Made by a program: the position numbers and the translations under genes. Below the pieces are notes generated by a model. The model did not search any database. It saw only the letters and a program-made list of their open reading frames with translations, and was not told the origin of the DNA. DNA of 64,000 nucleotides from Fimbriimonadia bacterium. GTDB taxonomy: Bacteria > Armatimonadota > Fimbriimonadia > Fimbriimonadales > JABRVX01. Below are positions 56,776-64,000 of this stretch, piece after piece. Where the stretch lies: contig JBGPGO010000008.1 in the NCBI GenBank assembly GCA_041483895.1, forward strand, positions 32,001 through 96,000, written 5' to 3'. Position 1 is the stretch's first letter. Every line of letters starts with the position of its first letter.

Positions 56776-57300
56776 GTGAAGCGTGTCATTTTCGTCGCTC
56801 TATTACTCGGTGTGGCGCTCGGTTGCACCCGCGCCCCGATTCGTCCGAAACCGCCGGCCGGTTGGATTCTTTTCAAACCGCACGGCTGCGGTTTCTCGGT
56901 CAACCTGCCGAGGGAGCCCGCCGAAGGACGGACGAATTGGACGCCCAATATGAAGGTTGGGAAAAAGTGGAGTGTCAACGACGAGCTGATCGCGTACAAG
57001 ATTCTGTACGTGGAGTTCACGAAAGTGCGCGGCAGCGATCGGGAAAAGCTGAGCGCTTATGTGACGGGGTTCGAAAGGTCCTTCGCTCGGGAACGAATCC
57101 TCACCACCAATTCCACGGATATCAGCGTGCGCGGCAAGCCAGGGCACCGGTCCGAGTTCATCTTCCCGGACTCTGTCAGCGAGATCATGGTTGTGGTAGA
57201 GCAGGATGACGTCTATAGAATCCTCTTCGTGGCTGGGCCGAGCGGGCAGTTGGATGGGGTCAAACCGAAAGCCTTTCTCGATTCGTTTGAGGTCGAATAG
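56776..57300 (+). CDS. Hypothetical lipoprotein (tandem paralog 1)
   Basis: Lipobox VALGC, P.GW..F.P...FSV..P motif, C-terminal FLDSFE. Confidence 0.75.
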   Translation: MKRVIFVALLLGVALGCTRAPIRPKPPAGWILFKPHGCGFSVNLPREPAEGRTNWTPNMKVGKKWSVNDELIAYKILYVEFTKVRGSDREKLSAYVTGFERSFARERILTTNSTDISVRGKPGHRSEFIFPDSVSEIMVVVEQDDVYRILFVAGPSGQLDGVKPKAFLDSFEVE

Positions 57301-57357
57301 CGTTCTTGCAGGAATCCCCAGCGCATAGCGCAAAGTAGGCTGGGAAGGAGGCGAGAT

Positions 57358-57894
57358 TTGAAACGAATTTACTTTTGCCATATGATTCTAGTGGCTTGCC
57401 TGCTCGTGGGCTGTTCGAAACCCGTCCAGCCGCGTCCATCCCTTCCCGTTGGATGGATTGACTTTAGTCCTGCAAATATGGGGTTCTCTGTCTATCTCCC
57501 CAAAAAGCCGGCCCCCTTTCCTGTTCCAAATGTTCCGAAAGAAGCCAAACTCATGAAGGCATGGCAGATCGTCGGCCCGCCGATGGGGTATCGCCTAGTG
57601 AATTCGCGCGGCCCTTTCACCAAGGATCTGAAAGTTGAACTTTCCGCTTATTGCGAGAAGTTCGATCGGGATTTCTGTAAGGCGAGTGGGGCAACAGTCA
57701 ACTCTTCGAAAGACATGGAGATCCGCAGCTTACAAGGACATCGGACGGATGTGACGATTCCGGGTGGCTACACGGGATTTATCGTGTCGGTAATCAAAGG
57801 TGACGGGATATTTTCATTGGTTGCTGTCGGTCCGCCGGCGGACGTGAATCGACCGGAACTCAACACCTGCATCGATTCAATCGAGCTGAAATAG
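57358..57894 (+). CDS. Hypothetical lipoprotein (tandem paralog 2)
   Basis: SD AAGGAGG, lipobox LLVGC, PVGWIDFSP..GFSVYLP. Confidence 0.75.
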   Translation: MKRIYFCHMILVACLLVGCSKPVQPRPSLPVGWIDFSPANMGFSVYLPKKPAPFPVPNVPKEAKLMKAWQIVGPPMGYRLVNSRGPFTKDLKVELSAYCEKFDRDFCKASGATVNSSKDMEIRSLQGHRTDVTIPGGYTGFIVSVIKGDGIFSLVAVGPPADVNRPELNTCIDSIELK

Positions 57895-57925
57895 CGTCGA
57901 GAATTAACCGATTGGTGAGGTAGGC

Positions 57926-58447
57926 ATGAACCGATTGTATGTACAACTTTGCGTCATTGGAGTCATTGCGATATGTGGTTGTTCCTCAAAGCCGAAACTT
58001 CCAACCGGATGGGCTGTCTTCCAGCCGGCAGGCTGGAAGTTCTCTGTCTACATGCCCCAGATTCCTCCGACGGATCCCAGCATGATCTTCCAAGATAAAA
58101 CGGGTCGAGGGCAAGGCTGGTCAATCGAAGGCGAAAACCGCATCCATATGATCGTGGCGATGGAGGGCAAGGGATTAGAACAGATGAGGTCCGGTACTGA
58201 AGCCTACTTGGATTCCCAGGTCAAGCCTATGTTCGCCGAAGCCAATCTTCGTCAGACCGCAAAGCGTGAAACCAAAATCAACGGCCATCCAACGACCGTC
58301 GTGGACTACACAGGATCGCTGACGAGCTTCATGACAGTCCAATATGTTTACCACGGAGACGTGGTAGTGATGCTGATTTTGGGTAGTACGGGCGGCAAAG
58401 ATGATGATAATATGAAGGCGTTCCTCAATTCCGTTGAGTTCAAGTAG
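57926..58447 (+). CDS. Hypothetical lipoprotein (tandem paralog 3)
   Basis: Lipobox AICGC, PTGWAVFQP..KFSVYMP, FLNSVEFK. Confidence 0.75.
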   Translation: MNRLYVQLCVIGVIAICGCSSKPKLPTGWAVFQPAGWKFSVYMPQIPPTDPSMIFQDKTGRGQGWSIEGENRIHMIVAMEGKGLEQMRSGTEAYLDSQVKPMFAEANLRQTAKRETKINGHPTTVVDYTGSLTSFMTVQYVYHGDVVVMLILGSTGGKDDDNMKAFLNSVEFK

Positions 58448-58461
58448 GTATCATCGCCCTT

Positions 58462-59448
58462 ATGCAATATCGTAGTCTGGGAAGAACGGGAGTGCAGGTC
58501 AGTGAGCTGTGTCTGGGGTGCATGAATTTCGGCTGGGGGACCGAAGAGGCCGACTCCATCGCCATCCTCAATCACGCCTTGGAGCAGGGCGTGAACTTTT
58601 GGGACACTGCCAACGTGTATAACAAGGGCGAGAGCGAAAAGGTGGTCGGCAAGGCGCTGCAAGGGAAGCGCGAGAAGGTCATCCTGGCGACCAAGTTCCA
58701 TGGCAAGATGTCCGACGACCCGAACGATTCGGGCAATTCCCGCCGCCACATCATCGCCGCCTGCGAAGCCTCACTGAAGCGGCTCGGCACGGACTGGATC
58801 GATCTGTACCAAATCCATCGCCCGCAGCCGGAAATCCCGATTGATGAGACCTTGCGCGCGCTGGACGATCTGATCCGGGCCGGTAAGGTGCGCTATGCCG
58901 GGACCAGCACGTTCGGCGCATGGCAGATCACGGAATCGATATGGGTTGCCAAAGAGCTGGGCCTCAATCGCTTTGTCTGCGAGCAGCCGCCATACAATCT
59001 CCTCGATCGCCGAATCGAACGCGAACTGCTGCCGTGCTGCATCACTTACGGGATTGGGGTCATCGCCTGGTCTCCGCTCGCGGGCGGGTTCCTGACGGGC
59101 AAGTACATCGGAGGGGCGAAGCCGGAAGGATCGCGCTACGAAAAGGACAAGCCTTTCCGCGAAATCGGCCCGCACGCCCTGGAAGTCATCGACAAGTTCC
59201 ATGCCTATGCCAAGAATAGGGAAGTGGCGGCATCGCATCTGGCTCTGGCGTGGGTCATGCGGCTGGAAGGCGTTACCGCCCCGATCATGGGCCCACGGAC
59301 AATGGAACAACTTCAAGATCAACTAAAGGCGTGCGATATCGAGATCACCGACGACGACCGGAAAGCCATCGACGAGATCTCTCCGCCCGGAAGCCATGTG
59401 GCGGAGTATTACACAGCCAACTTCGGACCGAACAAATACGCTCTGTAA
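58462..59448 (+). CDS. Aldo/keto reductase
   Basis: LGRTGVQVSELCLG, DTANVY, ATKF, IDLYQIH, WSPLAGG. Confidence 0.96.
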   Translation: MQYRSLGRTGVQVSELCLGCMNFGWGTEEADSIAILNHALEQGVNFWDTANVYNKGESEKVVGKALQGKREKVILATKFHGKMSDDPNDSGNSRRHIIAACEASLKRLGTDWIDLYQIHRPQPEIPIDETLRALDDLIRAGKVRYAGTSTFGAWQITESIWVAKELGLNRFVCEQPPYNLLDRRIERELLPCCITYGIGVIAWSPLAGGFLTGKYIGGAKPEGSRYEKDKPFREIGPHALEVIDKFHAYAKNREVAASHLALAWVMRLEGVTAPIMGPRTMEQLQDQLKACDIEITDDDRKAIDEISPPGSHVAEYYTANFGPNKYAL

Positions 59449-59462
59449 GTCGCCGATGAACG

Positions 59463-60311
59463 CTACAGGGAAATCGCAACGACGGCTTTGCCGAGGGCCG
59501 GGATGAATCGCACCTCGTTCGCGCCGAAGTACTGCATCCCCATGCTAAACGCGATACCGGACACACCCGCCTGGCGCGCCATTTTGGTGACCTTTCCCGC
59601 AATCACCCAGTCCGGAGTCGTCTCGCTTGAGACCTCCTCCGAAACATAGTCGGCGATGCGGCGAACCCAGGCGTCAATGGGCTGCATAAACAGCCGATCC
59701 GCCGGTTCAACGTGCAGCTCCAACGCGTAGAGCCACACGATATCGCGGAGCATGAGAGAGCAAATCTTCGGACCGATGCCGCGCACGGCGACGAGCCGCT
59801 CAAACCAAGGCTGAATTTTTCCGGACCGGATGACGCTGTCCCGCACCGCATGAAACAGATTGCCGACGCAGTCTTCCCGATGGATATCTTGCACCAACTC
59901 GAGAATGCCATCCAAGATGCCGCGGTTCATCTGTTCGGTGGGTTTCCGCCGGCGTTCTTCGCAGACCTGCAGGAACAGGCTCCAAAGAGAAATCGGTCCG
60001 GAAGACTCCAACAAGTGATCGAATGCTTCGTCCGTTGGCGTCAGGCGATTGAGGGCCTCCACCGCAATGGCGGCATACTCATCCCCGACATCTCCGCGCC
60101 GAGAGAACGCATAGTAACCGTAGACCACTCGAAGCACTGCATGGGGGCTCTCGAGCGCTTCCAGAATCATGTCTTGCGAGATAGGAGGCAATCGGAGGAC
60201 CGATGCGATTCTGGGCAAAAGGACATCTTGTTGAAAGCGGGTCGCCTTTTCCCCCGCTATTTTACGGATCACCCTCTTTTGGGCGAGTTCATCTATTGTA
60301 AAATTTGTCAT
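59463..60311 (-). CDS. HhH-GPD superfamily DNA glycosylase-like protein
   Basis: LVAVRGIGPKICSLML helix-hairpin-helix and downstream PIDAWVRR. Confidence 0.65.
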   Translation of the reverse strand: MTNFTIDELAQKRVIRKIAGEKATRFQQDVLLPRIASVLRLPPISQDMILEALESPHAVLRVVYGYYAFSRRGDVGDEYAAIAVEALNRLTPTDEAFDHLLESSGPISLWSLFLQVCEERRRKPTEQMNRGILDGILELVQDIHREDCVGNLFHAVRDSVIRSGKIQPWFERLVAVRGIGPKICSLMLRDIVWLYALELHVEPADRLFMQPIDAWVRRIADYVSEEVSSETTPDWVIAGKVTKMARQAGVSGIAFSMGMQYFGANEVRFIPALGKAVVAISL

Positions 60312-60342
60312 GGTTGCGCCTGTGGTCGCGACAGGCTCTAAA

Positions 60343-61665
60343 TCAAAAAGTAGCGTCGGCGCCGAGGGACCAGTAAAAGGGCAGAACAGGTGTCTGGACC
60401 TCTTTATTAGCGCCCGAGGCCGTATTCACAGCCAACATTCTCTGCAATATTTCCCCGACCCACGACTTCACATCCAACCGCGCGCCTCGCATCTTGTTCT
60501 CAATTACCCACGCGGCGGAGGAACACCATAGTCCTACCGGGCCAGTTGGAGAACCGATGGTGAGACACCGCTCGTTCTCCCAGCAGGCGTTGATCAGTGC
60601 GTAGGCGCCCATCTTCATGTTGTCGTAACCGAACTTCATGTCGTTGCTTTCAACAAGCCGGTCCACTTGAAAGACCGCGCAGAGCCGATTCGTCTTTCCA
60701 ATGAAGTTAGCCAACAGATCGTTCTTTTTGACAAACTCGCTGAACGCGTCTCGATTCTCGACGCCGCTTGGGATCAGATAGTCCATTTTATCCGCCGGAT
60801 TCTCCCGGCCCGCTCCCGTGAACATAAAGAACACCACAGCGCCGGGCGGCAGGGTCGCGGCGAAGCTCTGGACGCCTGTCAACAACTGTTCATACGTGGG
60901 CTCGGTGAGGATCGTCACGTGAGACGGATCGTATCCGGTGCTCTTCGTGAGAGCCTCCTTCATCAGCGCGCAGTCATTGATGGCATTGGGAACATCGCCG
61001 ACCGAGGCGTGGTACTTGCTGATGCCGATCAAGATCGCATACTTCATGGGGTCGATAGCGACCGGAGCATTCGGATTCGTGCCGGTTGGCCCGGCGGAGG
61101 TCTTCACTTCGCTCTTTGCCTTCACCATCGATGAGGCGGCGAGCCGGTCCGAATCGGTAAGGATTTCGTTGTCTACTCGCCAATCCAGCTTCTTTTGCGA
61201 ATCGAGATCGCCGGCTGTTTGAATGGCGGCGGCGGCCTTTACGGCATCTCCCAAGGCCTTCTGGGCATCAGAAATCACAAAATAGAGGGCGGCGCTGTTT
61301 TGACCCTTTGCCGCAAGCGCCTGCAGTTCCGCCACGGCGGTCGCAAAATGAGGCTTGCCGGATTCGCCACCGGCGGCCAGACCCAATTGGTACTCTGCAT
61401 AGGCCCCGCCGAAGTTGGCGCTGTAGGGCGCGCCCTTGCGCCAGGTTTCGCGTGTTGTCGGGCCGATGGTGAAGGTGGTTGATAGGCTGGAATCCATCGG
61501 CCGCAGCTTGCCGGCGGCCTGGAACATGGAGCGGGCGGTAGCCCAGTTCTTGGCCTTTGCCGCGGTAACTCCCTGCATATAGGGCTCAATCCAGGGTTCC
61601 TGGGCGAGCGCGAGCGCCGCGAACCCCAGAGCCACAATCGTCATTCCAAGCCGTTTTGTCAACAT
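60343..61665 (-). CDS. Secreted helical-repeat plus caspase (peptidase C14)-like protein, catalytic residues apparently lost
   Basis: KYAILIGISKY, NAINDC, FFMFTGAG, DYLIP. Confidence 0.75.
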   Translation of the reverse strand: MLTKRLGMTIVALGFAALALAQEPWIEPYMQGVTAAKAKNWATARSMFQAAGKLRPMDSSLSTTFTIGPTTRETWRKGAPYSANFGGAYAEYQLGLAAGGESGKPHFATAVAELQALAAKGQNSAALYFVISDAQKALGDAVKAAAAIQTAGDLDSQKKLDWRVDNEILTDSDRLAASSMVKAKSEVKTSAGPTGTNPNAPVAIDPMKYAILIGISKYHASVGDVPNAINDCALMKEALTKSTGYDPSHVTILTEPTYEQLLTGVQSFAATLPPGAVVFFMFTGAGRENPADKMDYLIPSGVENRDAFSEFVKKNDLLANFIGKTNRLCAVFQVDRLVESNDMKFGYDNMKMGAYALINACWENERCLTIGSPTGPVGLWCSSAAWVIENKMRGARLDVKSWVGEILQRMLAVNTASGANKEVQTPVLPFYWSLGADATF

Positions 61666-61680
61666 GGTCGCCTCCCAAGC

Positions 61681-62883
61681 TTAATCTTCGCCGAATTGGT
61701 AGTTCAACGACAGGCTTGTATCCATCCCAGAATGGCGATTTGAGGATCCAAAGTCCAAATTCAGTCCCCAACGGCCATCCAACGGGCGATATCCCAAGCC
61801 GAACGTAAATATATTTTCGTCGCTGAACGTCTGATCGTTCCCGGCTTGATAGCTATGGAACCCAACTCGGACCGGAACAAGGAAGCCATGCAGGCCCAAA
61901 GTGTATTGGAGGCCCAATCCAAAGTTGGTGGCATTGTCTCGCTGATCAGCAAGTCCACTGTTGGACTTGAAGAAGTGGTCAATTTGGGCCGCTCCCACCA
62001 GGAAGTCCGTATTCGAGCCTCGCGGGTTCTCTAGTAAAAGGTAGCTGGCGCCGAACGAGACCTTGGCGGGAACAGTGTCGCCGAAGGCCGCCGCTCCGCC
62101 GAAATCGCGCAGTTTCATCTCGGACCGGTAGGTTACACCCCAGGTGCCCTTCATGGTGTTGAACGGTGACATTACGCCCACCTGAACCCCGAAACCCGTG
62201 CCGGTCTCGTTGATAGTCGATTCAGTCGTGCCGAGGTCATTGTTCGGGTCGTTCGGGTCGACCAGCGTCTCCGAGTGGAAATAATTAAAGTTCTCTTGGA
62301 CGTAGAGCAGGCCGATCCCGAATTGCATGTTGTTTGTTAGCTTGCGAGCGTAGGCAAGTGTGAAGAAATCGACCGAAATCTCGGTATTGTCGATATAGGG
62401 TCGGATTTCGAGATTGCTGTCCGGGTCCCCGCTCGTGAGGCGTGCCGCAAACTTGTTGTTCTCATAGAAGCCGCCTCGCCAATAGGCGATCCCCAGCGTG
62501 CCGCCCGGTCCTTTGCCGTTCTTGCCGAGCGGAAGCGCCAACCCGGCGAATCCAAGCCGCTGATCCCCTGAGCTGCCGGTTGTGCGGGAGGCCGGATTGA
62601 TCACGTTGCCGGCAAGGGTCGTTTGATACGTAGGCAGAGTTCGCATGACGATCGAGAACTCCGGCTTGGAAAGGTATGCCAGTCCTGCCGGATTCCATGC
62701 GGCGGCCGTCACATCGTCGGCAATTGCCGCAAACGCGCCGCCCATGCCATATCCACGACCACCCATGTCGAGCGAGTAGAGCGTATCGCCCGGTTTTTGA
62801 GCCCATACGCCAATCGCGCTCATTCCGATGCCGATCCAGATCGCCTTAAGCGTCCTTGCTTGTCTCATGATAGTTCGCTCCAT
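61681..62883 (-). CDS. PorV/PorQ or FadL-like outer-membrane beta-barrel
   Basis: GGRGYGMGGAFAAIADDVTAAAWNPAGLA N-terminal hatch motif, amphipathic strands, terminal LSLNYQF. Confidence 0.85.
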   Translation of the reverse strand: MERTIMRQARTLKAIWIGIGMSAIGVWAQKPGDTLYSLDMGGRGYGMGGAFAAIADDVTAAAWNPAGLAYLSKPEFSIVMRTLPTYQTTLAGNVINPASRTTGSSGDQRLGFAGLALPLGKNGKGPGGTLGIAYWRGGFYENNKFAARLTSGDPDSNLEIRPYIDNTEISVDFFTLAYARKLTNNMQFGIGLLYVQENFNYFHSETLVDPNDPNNDLGTTESTINETGTGFGVQVGVMSPFNTMKGTWGVTYRSEMKLRDFGGAAAFGDTVPAKVSFGASYLLLENPRGSNTDFLVGAAQIDHFFKSNSGLADQRDNATNFGLGLQYTLGLHGFLVPVRVGFHSYQAGNDQTFSDENIFTFGLGYRPLDGRWGLNLDFGSSNRHSGMDTSLSLNYQFGED

Positions 62884-62892
62884 TCCTTGGTA

Positions 62893-63999
62893 CTAGAACG
62901 ATACAAAGAACTGCTTCTTTGCGGTCGTTGGGCCGTTGCCGGCCTTATCGGTGGCTGTAACCTCAACGGTATAGGCCGTATTCGACTTGCCCGGGCCCTT
63001 TCCCACATTGACTTGACCCTTCCAGCGGATACCCGTGCCATTCGTGAGCGCGGCGCTGGAAAGAAAGTCCACTTTGGCTACGACATTGTTGTGGGAGTCT
63101 CTGATAACGGCCGTAATCTTCGCGGGATCGAGGCTCTTGTCGCTCAGGTCCTTCACGTCGACGATCACAAGCATGTTCGAGAACGGCGGGATCTTCTGAC
63201 TTTTGAACGGATAAAGGATCGTCAGCGTCGGCGCCGTTCGGTCAATCTGGACGCTGACCGACTGTGTGGCAATATTGCCGGCCTTGTCCGTCGCGGTAAT
63301 CGTTATCGTGTGGTTTCCCTCAGAATAGCCGGTTGTATCCCAGTCGACGCTGATCGCCGATGTGTTTCCGGTGTTTGACGCCAGGTCACCGCCATCTACC
63401 TGGACCTTCCAATTGTCCAAGTTGCTTTCGATGACTTCGCCTGTGATGGAAACCGTGCCGCTGACGAAATCATCTTTGAGCGGCTTGACGTTCTGGATGA
63501 CCGGTGCGGTGTTGTCCACGTTCACGCTTCGACTGAGCGTCGCCACGTTTCCGGCCTTATCCTGGGCGCGGACGTCGATGGTGTGCGGACCGTCCGGGAA
63601 GGTTCGATTGCTGCCCGTCTTGGCCCGCGTGTCCCAGCTCACCGTCAGATTCGAAGAGGTTCCGGTATTGCTCGGGATGTCCACGGAGCCGTCGATCCGG
63701 ACCGTCCATTTGTCCAGATTCGAATCAGTAACGGTTCCCGTGATATCCGTGATTCCCTTCACGAAGGCATCGGCGAGCGGTGCGGTCAGAACGATGGTCG
63801 GACCGGTCTTGTCGATGCTGAAGGTGACAGAGGTCTCGGCAACGTTGCCGGCTTTGTCCGTACCCGACAGCTTCAGATTATGCGAACCTTCCGATAGGAC
63901 GCTTGTGTCGATCGTTGAATTGACCGTGGTCTGGGTTGACGTGGCCGTTCCAAGCCCACTCGTGCCGCCATCGACGGTGAGGTCCCAGTGATCGAAGTT
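62893..63999 (-). CDS. Bacterial Ig-like repeat protein (5' truncated by window edge)
   Basis: Repeated WDT...G.HTI...A.DKAGN...DNTAP units. Frame is open to the window end. Confidence 0.88.
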   Translation of the reverse strand, partial: NFDHWDLTVDGGTSGLGTATSTQTTVNSTIDTSVLSEGSHNLKLSGTDKAGNVAETSVTFSIDKTGPTIVLTAPLADAFVKGITDITGTVTDSNLDKWTVRIDGSVDIPSNTGTSSNLTVSWDTRAKTGSNRTFPDGPHTIDVRAQDKAGNVATLSRSVNVDNTAPVIQNVKPLKDDFVSGTVSITGEVIESNLDNWKVQVDGGDLASNTGNTSAISVDWDTTGYSEGNHTITITATDKAGNIATQSVSVQIDRTAPTLTILYPFKSQKIPPFSNMLVIVDVKDLSDKSLDPAKITAVIRDSHNNVVAKVDFLSSAALTNGTGIRWKGQVNVGKGPGKSNTAYTVEVTATDKAGNGPTTAKKQFFVSF

Positions 64000-64000
64000 C

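Overview
GC-rich bacterial chromosome segment. Armatimonadota (Fimbriimonadia-like) is inferred from gene content (PEP-CTERM protein, dockerin-like C-terminal domain, Spy/CpxP-like repeats) and was not verified by search. It holds the end of the rpoA-rplQ-truA-rplM-rpsI cluster, sugar catabolism genes, a stand-alone motAB pair, dapL-like-hflX-prmC, a ~1575-aa glycoside hydrolase/esterase, an imuB-dnaE2 mutagenesis cassette, a UGA-recoded selD, kdsB, rng plus a GAF kinase, peptidases and several tandem arrays of secreted paralogs. The most striking signal is a set of REP-like palindromic DNA families. Several occur between genes, and they are also concatenated into four stop-free, in-frame mosaic blocks inside imuB and dnaE2 (about 350 of the 1511 DnaE2 residues). 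One family also sits inside an M14 peptidase gene. Other points of interest are a constant-length ~60-bp element with covarying ends, an unannotated promoter-SD-13-codon ORF-terminator unit upstream of kdsB, an apparently inactive caspase-like protein in an operon with a PorV/FadL-like barrel, and many apparently leaderless genes. No rRNA, tRNA, CRISPR array, transposase or integrase was recognised.
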